DNA from: Gaiellales bacterium | GTDB lineage: Bacteria; Actinomycetota; Thermoleophilia; Gaiellales; JAICJC01 | Reading direction: 5' to 3' | Length of the DNA: 64,000 nucleotides | Assembly (NCBI GenBank): GCA_036273335.1 | Contig: DASUHT010000019.1 | Span: 3,577 to 67,576, forward strand | In this document: positions 18,621 to 28,849 of the stretch, one piece after another | Layout of the letters: every line of letters starts with the position of its first letter | Numbering within the stretch: the stretch's first letter is position 1 | Notes under the pieces: model-generated | The model's input: the letters and a program-made list of their open reading frames with translations, nothing else | What the model was told of the DNA's origin: nothing | Database searches by the model: none | Position numbers and translations under genes: made by a program

Positions 18621-19277
18621 CTAGGCGGGGAAGTCGGAGCGGTCGCGGACGCTCTCGAAGTCGGCGTCGCCACGCGCCCACTCCGCCATCCGGGGGTCGA
18701 GCTCGATCGCCCGCGCCAGATGGACGATCGCCTGCTCCCGCTGGCCCGCCAGCGCCTCGTAGCAGGCCAGGTTGTAGAGCAGCGTCGGCCGCTCCGGATG
18801 CTGATCGAGACCGTCGGCGACCAGACGCAGGGCGCCCTCGTGATCTCCTGACTGGGAGAGCGCGAAGGCCGGCGCGTAGTACTCCCACGGGGACGGCCGG
18901 TAGGGCTCGCCGGGCGTGCCTCCGAACGCGAGCACGATCGTGTCCGGCTCGGTGGACACCGCGGCTCGCCGCGACTCCGGATCGCGGACGAAGACGAGAG
19001 TGCCCTGGGGCGCCGCGATCTCGCTGCCGTCGACCTCGAAGCGGGCGCCGCCGCGCAGCACCACGTACAGCTCCTCGTGCCCGGCGGCGCCGCCGCCGGT
19101 CTCGGTGTGCTCCTCGATTACGTGCTCGCCCGCCTCGCCGGCCAGGAACGCGTTGACGCCGAAGCTGGAGATCCCCAGGTGCCGGCGGACCGGCTTCCAG
19201 GGTGGGGCCCCATCTGTGGGAAGCGTGGGGATGTCGTCCACGTGGGCGGCGTCGAACGCCGGCTCGTCACCGCTCAT
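18621..19277 (-). CDS. Cupin-domain protein with C-terminal TPR-like repeats
   Basis: Last 218 aa of composite ORF 18621..21038(-), from ATG 19277 (ATGA overlap with the trpS stop). Cupin-like core GEHVIEEHTE...HEELYVVLRGGARFEVDG. The tail LYNLACYEALAGQREQAIVHLARAIELDP is TPR-like. Confidence 0.7.
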   Translation of the reverse strand: MSGDEPAFDAAHVDDIPTLPTDGAPPWKPVRRHLGISSFGVNAFLAGEAGEHVIEEHTETGGGAAGHEELYVVLRGGARFEVDGSEIAAPQGTLVFVRDPESRRAAVSTEPDTIVLAFGGTPGEPYRPSPWEYYAPAFALSQSGDHEGALRLVADGLDQHPERPTLLYNLACYEALAGQREQAIVHLARAIELDPRMAEWARGDADFESVRDRSDFPA

Positions 19278-20257
19278 TCGGCCACGAATCCCATCGCCTG
19301 CTTGATGGCCGCGAGCGTGACCGAGGACACCGCCCGCGCCTGCTCGGCGCCGGCCGTCAGCGTGGCGCTCAGCTGCCCGGGATCGCGCACGAGCTCCTCG
19401 TAGCGCTCGCGTACCGGACGCAGGTACTCGATCACCGCGTCGGCGACATCCGCCTTGAATTGGCCGTAGCCGGCTCCGTCGTAGGCATCCTCGACCTGCT
19501 CCGGGCTGCGGTCGGTGGCGACCGCCATGATCTCTATCAGGTTGGCGATGCCTTCCTTGCCCTCGCCGCGGGCCACCTCGCGGCCGGAGTCGGTGACCGC
19601 CGAGCGGATCTTGCGGGCGATCGCCTCGGGTGGGTCGGTGACCAGCACCGTGCCCAGAGGCGTGCCGCCGGTGGTCGACATCTTGTCCGTCGGCACCTGC
19701 AGGTCCATGACCCGTCCGCCGGTGCGCGGGATCGCCGCCTCCGGCACCACCAATGTGTCGCCGAAGCGCGAGTTGAAGCGCTGGGCGACGTTCCTGGCCA
19801 GCTCCAGGTGCTGGCGCTGGTCGTCGCCGACCGGCACCCGGTCCGCCTTGTAGAGGAGGATGTCGGCCGTCATCAGCACCGGGTAGGTGTAGAGCGCCGC
19901 CGCCACCGAGTCGCGGCCCGCGCCCTTGTCCTTGAGCTGGGTCATCCGGTTCAGCTCGCCCATGGTGGCGACGGCGCCCAGCAGCCACGCCGCCTCGGCG
20001 TGCTCGTGCAGGTGGCTCTGCACGAAGAGCGCGCAGCGGGCGGGATCGAGGCCGGCGGCGAGCAGGGTGGCCGCGGTGTCGAGGGTGTTCTCGCGCAGCG
20101 CTGCGGGGTCGTAGGGGACCGTGATCGCGTGCAGGTCGACGATGCAGTAGAAGGCCTCGTGGGCGTCCTGGTCGGTGACGTAGTGGCGGATCGCCCCGAT
20201 GTAGTTTCCGAGGTGCTTGCGCCCGGTCGGCTGGATCCCTGAGAGCACCCGTGTCAT
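19274..20257 (-). CDS. trpS: Tryptophan--tRNA ligase
   Basis: Frame of ORF 19274..20596(-), from ATG 20257. MTRVLSGIQPTGRKHLGNYIGA (HIGH region), the KMSTT (KMSKS) loop, and 327 aa typical of TrpRS. Confidence 0.93.
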   Translation of the reverse strand: MTRVLSGIQPTGRKHLGNYIGAIRHYVTDQDAHEAFYCIVDLHAITVPYDPAALRENTLDTAATLLAAGLDPARCALFVQSHLHEHAEAAWLLGAVATMGELNRMTQLKDKGAGRDSVAAALYTYPVLMTADILLYKADRVPVGDDQRQHLELARNVAQRFNSRFGDTLVVPEAAIPRTGGRVMDLQVPTDKMSTTGGTPLGTVLVTDPPEAIARKIRSAVTDSGREVARGEGKEGIANLIEIMAVATDRSPEQVEDAYDGAGYGQFKADVADAVIEYLRPVRERYEELVRDPGQLSATLTAGAEQARAVSSVTLAAIKQAMGFVAE

Positions 20258-20265
20258 GGGCCGCC

Positions 20266-20271
20266 ATGCTA
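20266..20271 (-). promoter_or_regulatory. Putative -10 box (TAGCAT on minus strand) for leaderless trpS
   Basis: The minus strand reads TAGCAT-ggcggccc-ATG, an 8-nt spacer. Confidence 0.3.
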
Positions 20272-20309
20272 CCGGCGGTCGCCTGCCCGGGCCCGCCGGT
20301 TCCCGTCGG

Positions 20310-20315
20310 TAGACT
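20310..20315 (+). promoter_or_regulatory. Putative -10 box (TAGACT) for aroG
   Basis: TAGACT lies 9 nt upstream of ATG 20325, in the 67-bp divergent spacer shared with trpS. Confidence 0.3.
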
Positions 20316-20324
20316 TGTTTTCCG

Positions 20325-21692
20325 ATGGCAACGACGTCGCAATCCTGGTCGCCCGCGTCGTGGCGCGAGCGCGCAGCCCTGCAACAGCCCGACTGGCCCG
20401 ACCCGGCACACGCCGAGCAGGTGGTCGAGCGCCTGGGCGGGCTGCCGCCGCTCGTCTTCGCGGGCGAGGCGCGGCAGCTCCAGGAGTCGCTGGGCGACGT
20501 CGCCGGCGGCCGTGCATTCCTGCTCCAGGCAGGCGACTGCGCGGAGTCGTTCCACGACTTCTCGGCTGTCAGCATTCGCGAGAAGCTGAAGATCATGCTC
20601 CAGATGGCGGCGGTGCTGACCTACGGGTCGATGCTCCCGGTCGTCAAAGTCGGGCGGATCGCGGGCCAGTTCTCGAAGCCCCGGTCGGCCACCACCGAGA
20701 CGGTGGACGGCGCCGAGATCCCCACCTTCCGCGGTCACATGGTGCACGGCGACGAGCCGACCGCGGCTGCCCGCACGTTCGACCCCGAGCGCATGCTCCA
20801 GGGCTACCACCAGTCGGCGGCCACCCTCAACCTGCTGCGAGCGTTCACCAAGGGCGGCTTCGCTGATCTGACCAAGGTGCACCTGTGGAACCAGGAGTTC
20901 GTCGCCAGCGCCCCGGAGGGCAGGCGCTACGAGCTGATCGCGACCGAAATCGAGCGTGCGCTGCGCTTCATGTCGGCCTGCGGGATCGACCTCGAGGCGG
21001 AGCGCCAGCTGCACGAGGTGGACGTCTGGACGAGCCACGAGGCGCTGCTCCTGGACTACGAGCAGGGCCTCACCCGGCGCGACTCGCTAACCGGTGACTG
21101 GTACGACTGCTCGGCCCACATGCTCTGGGTCGGCGAGCGCACGCGCAAGCCCGGCGGCGCGCACGTGGAGTTCCTCGCCGGCGTCCACAACCCGCTCGGC
21201 GTCAAGCTTGGCCCGACGGCGACCGCGGCCGAGGTGACGTCCCTCTGCGAGGCGCTCAACCCGCAGCGGATCCCCGGCCGGCTGACGCTGATCTCGCGCA
21301 TGGGCGTCGACCGCGTCGGCGATCGCCTGCCGCCGCTCCTGCGTGCCGTCGCCCAGGCCGAGCACCCGGTCGTCTGGGTCTGCGATCCGATGCACGGCAA
21401 CGTGATCCGCACCGGCTCCGGGTACAAGACCCGGCGTTTCGAGGACATCATGGGCGAGCTGCGAGGCTTCTTCGCCGCCTGCCATGAGGCCGGCGCCTGG
21501 CCCGGCGGCGTCCACCTGGAGTTCACCGGCGACCACGTCACCGAGTGCCTCGGCGGCTCCGAGGAGGTCCTCGAGGAGCAGCTGAACGTCAACTACATGA
21601 CGCTCTGCGACCCCCGGCTGAACGCCCGCCAGTCGCTCGACCTGGCGTTCCAGGTGGCGGAGCTGATGCGGGCGGCGGACGAGTCGCGATGA
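20325..21692 (+). CDS. aroG: 3-deoxy-7-phosphoheptulonate (DAHP) synthase, class II
   Basis: ORF 20325..21692, 455 aa. Full-length similarity to the plant/actinobacterial class II AroG type (WPDPAH...LLQAGDCAESF...RIAGQFSKPRS...CDPMHGN). Confidence 0.9.
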   Translation: MATTSQSWSPASWRERAALQQPDWPDPAHAEQVVERLGGLPPLVFAGEARQLQESLGDVAGGRAFLLQAGDCAESFHDFSAVSIREKLKIMLQMAAVLTYGSMLPVVKVGRIAGQFSKPRSATTETVDGAEIPTFRGHMVHGDEPTAAARTFDPERMLQGYHQSAATLNLLRAFTKGGFADLTKVHLWNQEFVASAPEGRRYELIATEIERALRFMSACGIDLEAERQLHEVDVWTSHEALLLDYEQGLTRRDSLTGDWYDCSAHMLWVGERTRKPGGAHVEFLAGVHNPLGVKLGPTATAAEVTSLCEALNPQRIPGRLTLISRMGVDRVGDRLPPLLRAVAQAEHPVVWVCDPMHGNVIRTGSGYKTRRFEDIMGELRGFFAACHEAGAWPGGVHLEFTGDHVTECLGGSEEVLEEQLNVNYMTLCDPRLNARQSLDLAFQVAELMRAADESR

Positions 21693-22780
21693 ATGTGGCG
21701 GTGGTCGGGCTGGGCCTGATCGGAGGCTCGGTGGGGCTTGCCGCGGGCGCGCGCGGCGATCGCGTCTCCGGGTACGACGCCGACGCCGAGGCGCGCGCGC
21801 AGGCAGCCGAGCTGGGTGCCGCGGGCGCCGTCCACGACACGCTCGAGGCGGCGGTCGCCGACGCCGAGATCACATTCGTCTGCGGTCCGGTGGCGCGGCT
21901 GCCGGAGCTGGTCGCGCAGTCGCTCGCTGCGGCTCCCGACGGGTCGATCGTGACCGACGTCGGCTCGACCAAGGCCCGCCTCGTGCGCTCTGCCGAGAGC
22001 CACCCCCGGTTCGTCGGCGGGCACCCGGTGTGCGGGTCGGAGGCGCGCGGCGTGGGCAGCGCCCGGGCCGACCTATTCGACGGCGCAACCTGGTTTCTGA
22101 CGCCCGACGCCGGCACCGATCCGGTCGCCCACCGGGCGGTGCACGGGTTCGTCAGCGGGCTGGGCGCGCGGCCCGTGGCGATCGACGCCGAGGCGCACGA
22201 CCGCCTGGTCGCGATCACCAGCCACCTGCCGCACGCCATCGCCAATGTGCTCGTGAACCAGGCCGGCAGCGGCCGGGTCGACGGCCACGACCCGCTGGCC
22301 GCAGTCGGCGGCTCGTTCCGGGACATGACGCGGGTGGCCGGCGCCAACCCGCGCATCTGGGTTGACATCTTCCTGGACAACCGCGGCTCGGTGCTGGAGG
22401 TGCTGCAGGAGCACGGCCGCCGCATCGAGGAGCTGACACGCGCGCTGGAGCGCGAGGACGCCGGCTTCCTGGCGCGCTGGATCGCCGAGGCGTCGGGCCA
22501 TCGGCGCCGGCTGCTGGAGACCGCCTACGCGGCCGTTCCCGAGGAGCTCTACCGCGTCCGCGTGCACCTGCCCGACCGGCCCGGCGTGATCTCCGGGATC
22601 ACCCAGGCGCTGGGCGCCGAGGGGATCAACATCGAGGACTTCGAGCTGCACCACCTCTCCGCCGACCGCGGCGGCACGGCGGTCATCCTGGTTGCCGGCG
22701 AGGAGCAGGCGCAGCGGGCGGTCGACCTGCTCGACGCCCAGGGCTATGGCGCGGTGGCGAGCGCGGCGGTGGACGCGTGA
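21689..22780 (+). CDS. tyrA: Prephenate dehydrogenase (with C-terminal ACT-like domain)
   Basis: Frame of ORF 21545..22780, from ATG 21689 (ATGA overlap with aroG). MNVAVVGLGLIGGSVG NAD fold, and the HP.CG and SHLPH motifs of TyrA. Confidence 0.88.
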   Translation: MNVAVVGLGLIGGSVGLAAGARGDRVSGYDADAEARAQAAELGAAGAVHDTLEAAVADAEITFVCGPVARLPELVAQSLAAAPDGSIVTDVGSTKARLVRSAESHPRFVGGHPVCGSEARGVGSARADLFDGATWFLTPDAGTDPVAHRAVHGFVSGLGARPVAIDAEAHDRLVAITSHLPHAIANVLVNQAGSGRVDGHDPLAAVGGSFRDMTRVAGANPRIWVDIFLDNRGSVLEVLQEHGRRIEELTRALEREDAGFLARWIAEASGHRRRLLETAYAAVPEELYRVRVHLPDRPGVISGITQALGAEGINIEDFELHHLSADRGGTAVILVAGEEQAQRAVDLLDAQGYGAVASAAVDA

Positions 22781-24075
22781 ACGAGACAGGCAGCCTGCGC
22801 GTCTCGCCGGCCGGCGCGCTGCTCGGCGAGCTGACCGTGCCCGGGGACAAGTCCGTCAGCCACCGGGCAGTGATGCTGGGCGCGCTGGCCGAGGAGATGG
22901 TGACGGTGGACGGCTTCGGCGCCTCGGCCGACACGCTGGCAACCATCGACGCCTTCCGCCGGATGGGCGTTCGCATCGACCACCCGGAACTGGGGCACCT
23001 GGTCATCCAGGGCGTCGGGCTGCGCGGGCTGCGACCGCCCGACGGCCCGATCGACGTGGGCAACGCGGGCACCCTGATCCGGCTCCTGCCGGGGATCCTG
23101 GCCGGCCAGCAGGGCGAGTTCGTGCTGGACGGCGACGAGAGCATCCGCAGCCGTCCGATGCAGCGGATCGCGGTGCCACTGGCCGAGATGGGGGTCGATA
23201 TCCAGACCACCGACGGCTACCCGCCGGTCACCGTCCGCGGTGGCGGCGTTCAGCCCATCGACTACCGGCCGCCGGTCGCTTCGGCACAGGTCAAGTCGTG
23301 CGTGCTCCTGGCCGGCCTGCACGCGGAGCGGGGGGTGACCGTGGTCGAGGAGCCGATCCCCACCCGCGACCACACCGAGCGGCTGCTCCAGCGCGCCGGA
23401 GTCCCGGTCGACCGGCGGCCCGGCCGGGTCGCGGTGTCGCCGGTCCGCGAGCTCGTGCTGCCGCACGTGGATGTGCCCGGGGACTTCTCGTCGGCCGCCC
23501 CGTTCATCGTCGCGGCGACGGTGCTTCCCGGCTCGAACCTGACGCTTCGGGGGATCGGCATCAACCCGACCCGTACCGGCCTGCTGGCCGTGATGGAGCG
23601 CATGGGCGCCCGGGTCGGGCTCTTCCGGCGCCGTTTTGCCGGCGGCGAGCCGACGGCCGACATCGAGGTGCGGCCGGCCGAGCTGGTGGCCGCCGACGTG
23701 ACCGCCGAGATCGTGCCCTCACTGATCGACGAGCTGCCGCTTCTGGTGCTTCTGGCGAGCTTCGCCCACGGCACCACGACCATCCGCGGGGCGGGTGAGC
23801 TGCGGGTGAAGGAGTCCGATAGGATCGCCAGCGTGGTCGCGGCGCTGACCGCGGTTGGCGCCCACGTGCGCGGGCTCGATGACGGGTTCGAGGTGCGCGG
23901 CGTGCCCACCCGGCTGCGCGGCGGCAGCATCGATGCCGCCGGCGACCATCGGATCGCGATGGTCGGCGCCATCGCCGGCGCCTGCTCGCAGGAGGGGGTG
24001 ACGATCGAGGGCTCCGACGCGCTCGGGGTGAGCTTCCCCGACTTCGCCGAGCGGCTGGCTGCGGTGTCGGCGTGA
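22777..24075 (+). CDS. aroA: 3-phosphoshikimate 1-carboxyvinyltransferase (EPSP synthase)
   Basis: ORF 22777..24075, 432 aa, with VPGDKSVSHRAVMLGALA, LRVKESDRI and DHRIAM motifs. Confidence 0.93.
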   Translation: MNETGSLRVSPAGALLGELTVPGDKSVSHRAVMLGALAEEMVTVDGFGASADTLATIDAFRRMGVRIDHPELGHLVIQGVGLRGLRPPDGPIDVGNAGTLIRLLPGILAGQQGEFVLDGDESIRSRPMQRIAVPLAEMGVDIQTTDGYPPVTVRGGGVQPIDYRPPVASAQVKSCVLLAGLHAERGVTVVEEPIPTRDHTERLLQRAGVPVDRRPGRVAVSPVRELVLPHVDVPGDFSSAAPFIVAATVLPGSNLTLRGIGINPTRTGLLAVMERMGARVGLFRRRFAGGEPTADIEVRPAELVAADVTAEIVPSLIDELPLLVLLASFAHGTTTIRGAGELRVKESDRIASVVAALTAVGAHVRGLDDGFEVRGVPTRLRGGSIDAAGDHRIAMVGAIAGACSQEGVTIEGSDALGVSFPDFAERLAAVSA

Positions 24076-24653
24076 TCGAGACGATCGACGGGCCGGCCGG
24101 CGTCGGCAAGAGCACCGTCGCCCGCGGCGTCGCCGAGCGGCTTGGACTGCCCTATGTCGACACCGGCGCGATGTATCGGGAACTGACCGCAGTGGCGCTC
24201 GAGCGCGGCACCGCCGCCGACGACGGCCCAGCCCTGGCCGCCCTGGTCGGCGACCGCCCCGCTGCCGGGACCGACATCCGCGCCGAGCGTATCTCACGGG
24301 TCGTCAGCACCGTCTCGCGGCATCCCGAGGTGCGGGAACGGATGCGCGAGCGCCAGCGCGAGCTTGCCGGCGCGGCGGCGGTCCTCGAAGGGCGCGATAC
24401 GGGCACCCGCGTCTGCCCCGACGCCGATCTCAAGATCTACCTGACGGCGCCCGTCGCCGTCCGGGCCGCCCGGCGCGCCCCGCAGCTCGGGCTGCCCCTC
24501 GCGGAGGTCGCGCGGGCGATCGAGGAGCGCGACCGGCTGGATGCGCGGCAGATGCCGCCCGCGCCCGACGCACACCTGATAGATACCGGCGGCATGGATG
24601 CCGGCGAGGTCGTGCAGATCGTGCTGGCGCTCGCCCGGGAGCGGACGGCGTGA
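24072..24653 (+). CDS. cmk: Cytidylate kinase
   Basis: ORF 24072..24653 with P-loop IDGPAGVGKST and YVDTGAMYR. Confidence 0.9.
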   Translation: MIETIDGPAGVGKSTVARGVAERLGLPYVDTGAMYRELTAVALERGTAADDGPALAALVGDRPAAGTDIRAERISRVVSTVSRHPEVRERMRERQRELAGAAAVLEGRDTGTRVCPDADLKIYLTAPVAVRAARRAPQLGLPLAEVARAIEERDRLDARQMPPAPDAHLIDTGGMDAGEVVQIVLALARERTA

Positions 24654-25249
24654 CCGCGGCCGAGCGCCGCACCTGGCGGCTCCTGCGGATCTTCCTGAAG
24701 CCGCCGGTGCTGATCCTCCTGCGCCCGGTCGTGCACGGCCGCGAGCACGTGCCGCGCTCGGGGCCGCTGCTCCTGGTGTCCAACCACGAGTCCTTCTGGG
24801 ACATCCCGCTGCTCGGCGCGGTGCAGCCCCGCGACCTCCGGTTCATGGCCAAGGCCGAGCTCTTCCGCTTCCCGCTCTTTGGCTCCTTCATGCGCGCCGG
24901 CGGGACATTCCCGGTGCGTCGTGGCGAGGCCGACCGGGAGGCGCTTCGGGTCGTGCACGACGCGATCGGCGGCGGCGACGTGGTCGCGATCTTCCTGCAG
25001 GGCCACCGGCAGGCGGAGCTGGACGGCGCCAAGGCCGGCGCCGGTCGTTGCGCGGTGGTCGAGGAGACGCCGGTGGTGCCGGTGGCGATCAGCGGCACCG
25101 GCAGCTGGCGCCCGGGCCGGCGGACGCACGTCTCGTTCGGTGCGCCGCGCAGCTACGGGCGGGGCGAGCGGCGGCCGGCCGACGCCTACCGGGAAACCGC
25201 GGACGAGCTGATGGCCGAGATCCGCCGACTGCACGAGCCGGGCCGGTGA
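24650..25249 (+). CDS. plsC: 1-acyl-sn-glycerol-3-phosphate acyltransferase
   Basis: ORF 24650..25249 with the H(x)4D acyltransferase motif SNHESFWD and FPVRRG. Confidence 0.85.
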   Translation: MTAAERRTWRLLRIFLKPPVLILLRPVVHGREHVPRSGPLLLVSNHESFWDIPLLGAVQPRDLRFMAKAELFRFPLFGSFMRAGGTFPVRRGEADREALRVVHDAIGGGDVVAIFLQGHRQAELDGAKAGAGRCAVVEETPVVPVAISGTGSWRPGRRTHVSFGAPRSYGRGERRPADAYRETADELMAEIRRLHEPGR

Positions 25250-26574
25250 GCGCTGCTCCGGACACGCGGACGCTGCTCGGCGTGGTCGCAGTGGTCGGCT
25301 TCCCGAACGCCGGCAAGTCGACCCTGATCAACCGGCTGACGGCCAGCCGGAAGACCGTCGTTCACGAGACGCCGGGAGTCACCCGCGACCGCAACGAGGT
25401 CGTCTGCGAGTGGGGGCGGGATGCCTTCGTCCTGGTCGACACCGGCGGCGTCGATGCCGGCGACGCCTCGCCGATGCAGGCCCAGGTGGCCGAGCAGGCT
25501 CGACATGCGGTGGAGGAAGCCGATCTGGTGCTCCTGGTCGTCGATGCGCGAGCCGGCCTTGCGGCCGGTGACGAGGAGATCGCCCAGATCCTTCGCCGCT
25601 CCGGGCGGCCGGTTGTCGTGGTGGCGAACAAGGTCGACGACCAGGCGCACGAGCAGGCGGCGCTCGAGCTGCACGCCCTCGGTCTCGGCGACCCGGTGCC
25701 GGTGTCGTCGCTGCACGGCCGCGGCACCGGGGATCTCCTCGACGCGGTGGTCGGCCGGCTGCACGAGATCGGCGCCGAGCGGGTCATGGAGGACGGGGAC
25801 GAGATCCGCGTCGCCATCCTCGGCCGGCCCAACGTCGGAAAGTCGTCGCTGGTCAACGCCATCCTCGGCCGGCCGCGGGTGATCGTGGCGGATGCGCCGG
25901 GCACCACCCGCGACTCGATCGACACCGAGCTCTTGCGCGGGGACACGCGCTTCCGCCTGATCGATACCGCCGGTCTTCGCCGCAAGCGGCGCCACCGCCA
26001 GGGGGTCGAGTACTACAGCGAGCTGCGGGCGCTCCAGGCCGCCGAGCGGGCGGACATCGCGCTGGTTCTCGTCGACTCGTCCGAGGGCGTGGCGGAAGGC
26101 GATCTGAGCGTCGCGGACGAGGCGCGCAACGCGGGCTGCGCCACGCTCGTCGTGCTCAGCAAGTGGGACATCAGCCTCACCACCGTCGAGGATGCGTCCG
26201 ACCGGCTCCAGGGGAAGCTCCGCCAGCGCCCCGCGATCGTCACGACGTCGGCGCTCACCGGGCGAAACGTCGACCGCCTGCTGGACGCCGTCGAGCGCCT
26301 CTTCGAGCGCTACACCTCGCGCGTGGGGACCGGCATCCTGAACCGGGCGATGCTCGAGATCTCGGCGCTGCGAGCGCCTCCGCGACGCGGCCGGCGGAGC
26401 CTCAACATGCTCTACGCGACGCAGTACAGGACGCGCCCGCCGCGGTTTAGGATCGTGGTCAACGACCGTGGGCTGGTGACCCGTGACTATGCGTACTTCG
26501 TCGAGAACCAGCTCCGCGCCAGGCTGGAGCTGGAGGGCTGCCCGGTGATCATCGACTTCCGGAGCAGGCGGTGA
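25246..26574 (+). CDS. der: Ribosome-associated GTPase Der/EngA
   Basis: Frame of ORF 24598..26574, from GTG 25246. Two tandem GTPase domains (GFPNAGKST...DTGG; GRPNVGKSS...DTAG) and a KH-like C-terminus. Confidence 0.92.
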   Translation: MSAAPDTRTLLGVVAVVGFPNAGKSTLINRLTASRKTVVHETPGVTRDRNEVVCEWGRDAFVLVDTGGVDAGDASPMQAQVAEQARHAVEEADLVLLVVDARAGLAAGDEEIAQILRRSGRPVVVVANKVDDQAHEQAALELHALGLGDPVPVSSLHGRGTGDLLDAVVGRLHEIGAERVMEDGDEIRVAILGRPNVGKSSLVNAILGRPRVIVADAPGTTRDSIDTELLRGDTRFRLIDTAGLRRKRRHRQGVEYYSELRALQAAERADIALVLVDSSEGVAEGDLSVADEARNAGCATLVVLSKWDISLTTVEDASDRLQGKLRQRPAIVTTSALTGRNVDRLLDAVERLFERYTSRVGTGILNRAMLEISALRAPPRRGRRSLNMLYATQYRTRPPRFRIVVNDRGLVTRDYAYFVENQLRARLELEGCPVIIDFRSRR

Positions 26575-27557
26575 GGGTCGCCGTCGTCGGCGCGGGCAGC
26601 TGGGGCACGGCGTTCGGCCGCCTGCTGGCAATGACCGGCCATCAGGTGGTCCTCGTCTGCCGCGACCCGGAGCAGGCGGCGGCGATCAATCAGCACCACC
26701 GAAACCCCCGCTACCTGTACGACATCGCGCTGCCGCCGGAGTTGACGGCGAGTACCCTCGACGACGCGGAGCTGGCGGAGAGCGATCTGGTTGCAATCGC
26801 GGTGCCCAGCCGCGCCTACGGCGCGATCGTGGACGGCCTCGGCCGGCGTCTCGGCGCGGATACGGCGGTGCTCTCGATGACCAAGGGGCTTGACCCGGTC
26901 AGCCACCGTCGTCTGTCCGAGCTCCTCGTGCCGGAGGTGGGGGCGGCGCGGGTGGCGGTGCTTTCCGGGCCGAACCACGCCGAGGAGGTGGCGCGCGAGT
27001 TCCCCACCGCGTCGGTGGTCGCCAGCGAGTCGATCGAGCTTGCGCGGTCCCTTCGCGATGCGATCTCGAGCCCGGTGCTTCGGGTATACGCGTCGCGGGA
27101 CGTGGTCGGCGTCGAGCTGTGCGCCGCGGCCAAGAACGTAATGGGACTGGCGGCCGGGATCTCGGACGGGCTCGGCTTCGGCGACAACGCCAAGGCTGCC
27201 ATCATCACCCGCGGCATGGCCGAGATGTTCCGGCTGGGCGCGGCCTTCGGGGCCGAGGCGAGGACGTACGCCGGCATGGCCGGGATGGGCGATCTGGTCG
27301 CCACCTGCACCTCCCGGCACTCGCGCAACCGGCGGGCCGGGGAGTTGCTGGCCCAGGGAGTGCCGGCGGGCTGGATCGAGTCCGAGATCGGCCAGGTCGC
27401 CGAGGGCCTGACCACCGCACCGGTGCTGGAGGCGGTGGCGGCCGAGCGGGGACTGGAGCTGCCGATCACCTCCGCGGTCTGCCGCGTCGCCTTCTCCGGC
27501 CGGGATCCGCTGGATGCGCTGGCCGATCTGATGCGGAGAGAGCCAACGGAGGAGTGA
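26571..27557 (+). CDS. gpsA: NAD(P)H-dependent glycerol-3-phosphate dehydrogenase
   Basis: ORF 26571..27557 with [21 protein letters not shown] and KNV.GLAAG motifs. Confidence 0.92.
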   Translation: MRVAVVGAGSWGTAFGRLLAMTGHQVVLVCRDPEQAAAINQHHRNPRYLYDIALPPELTASTLDDAELAESDLVAIAVPSRAYGAIVDGLGRRLGADTAVLSMTKGLDPVSHRRLSELLVPEVGAARVAVLSGPNHAEEVAREFPTASVVASESIELARSLRDAISSPVLRVYASRDVVGVELCAAAKNVMGLAAGISDGLGFGDNAKAAIITRGMAEMFRLGAAFGAEARTYAGMAGMGDLVATCTSRHSRNRRAGELLAQGVPAGWIESEIGQVAEGLTTAPVLEAVAAERGLELPITSAVCRVAFSGRDPLDALADLMRREPTEE

Positions 27558-27594
27558 GGGCGAGGACGGTGAAGGTTCCGCCCATCCGTTGCAG

Positions 27595-27600
27595 TACCAT
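27595..27600 (+). promoter_or_regulatory. Putative -10 box (TACCAT) for leaderless metK
   Basis: TACCAT lies 7 nt upstream of ATG 27608. The whole gpsA-metK spacer is only 50 nt. Confidence 0.35.
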
Positions 27601-27607
27601 CCCGCGG

Positions 27608-28845
<1,238 letters not shown>

Positions 28846-28849
<4 letters not shown>

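Noticed and set aside
19278-21038. Upstream 587 aa of the 805-aa ORF 18621..21038(-).
   Set aside because: It reads through trpS in another frame and through aroG antisense. Only the last 218 aa (the cupin-TPR protein) look like a real protein.
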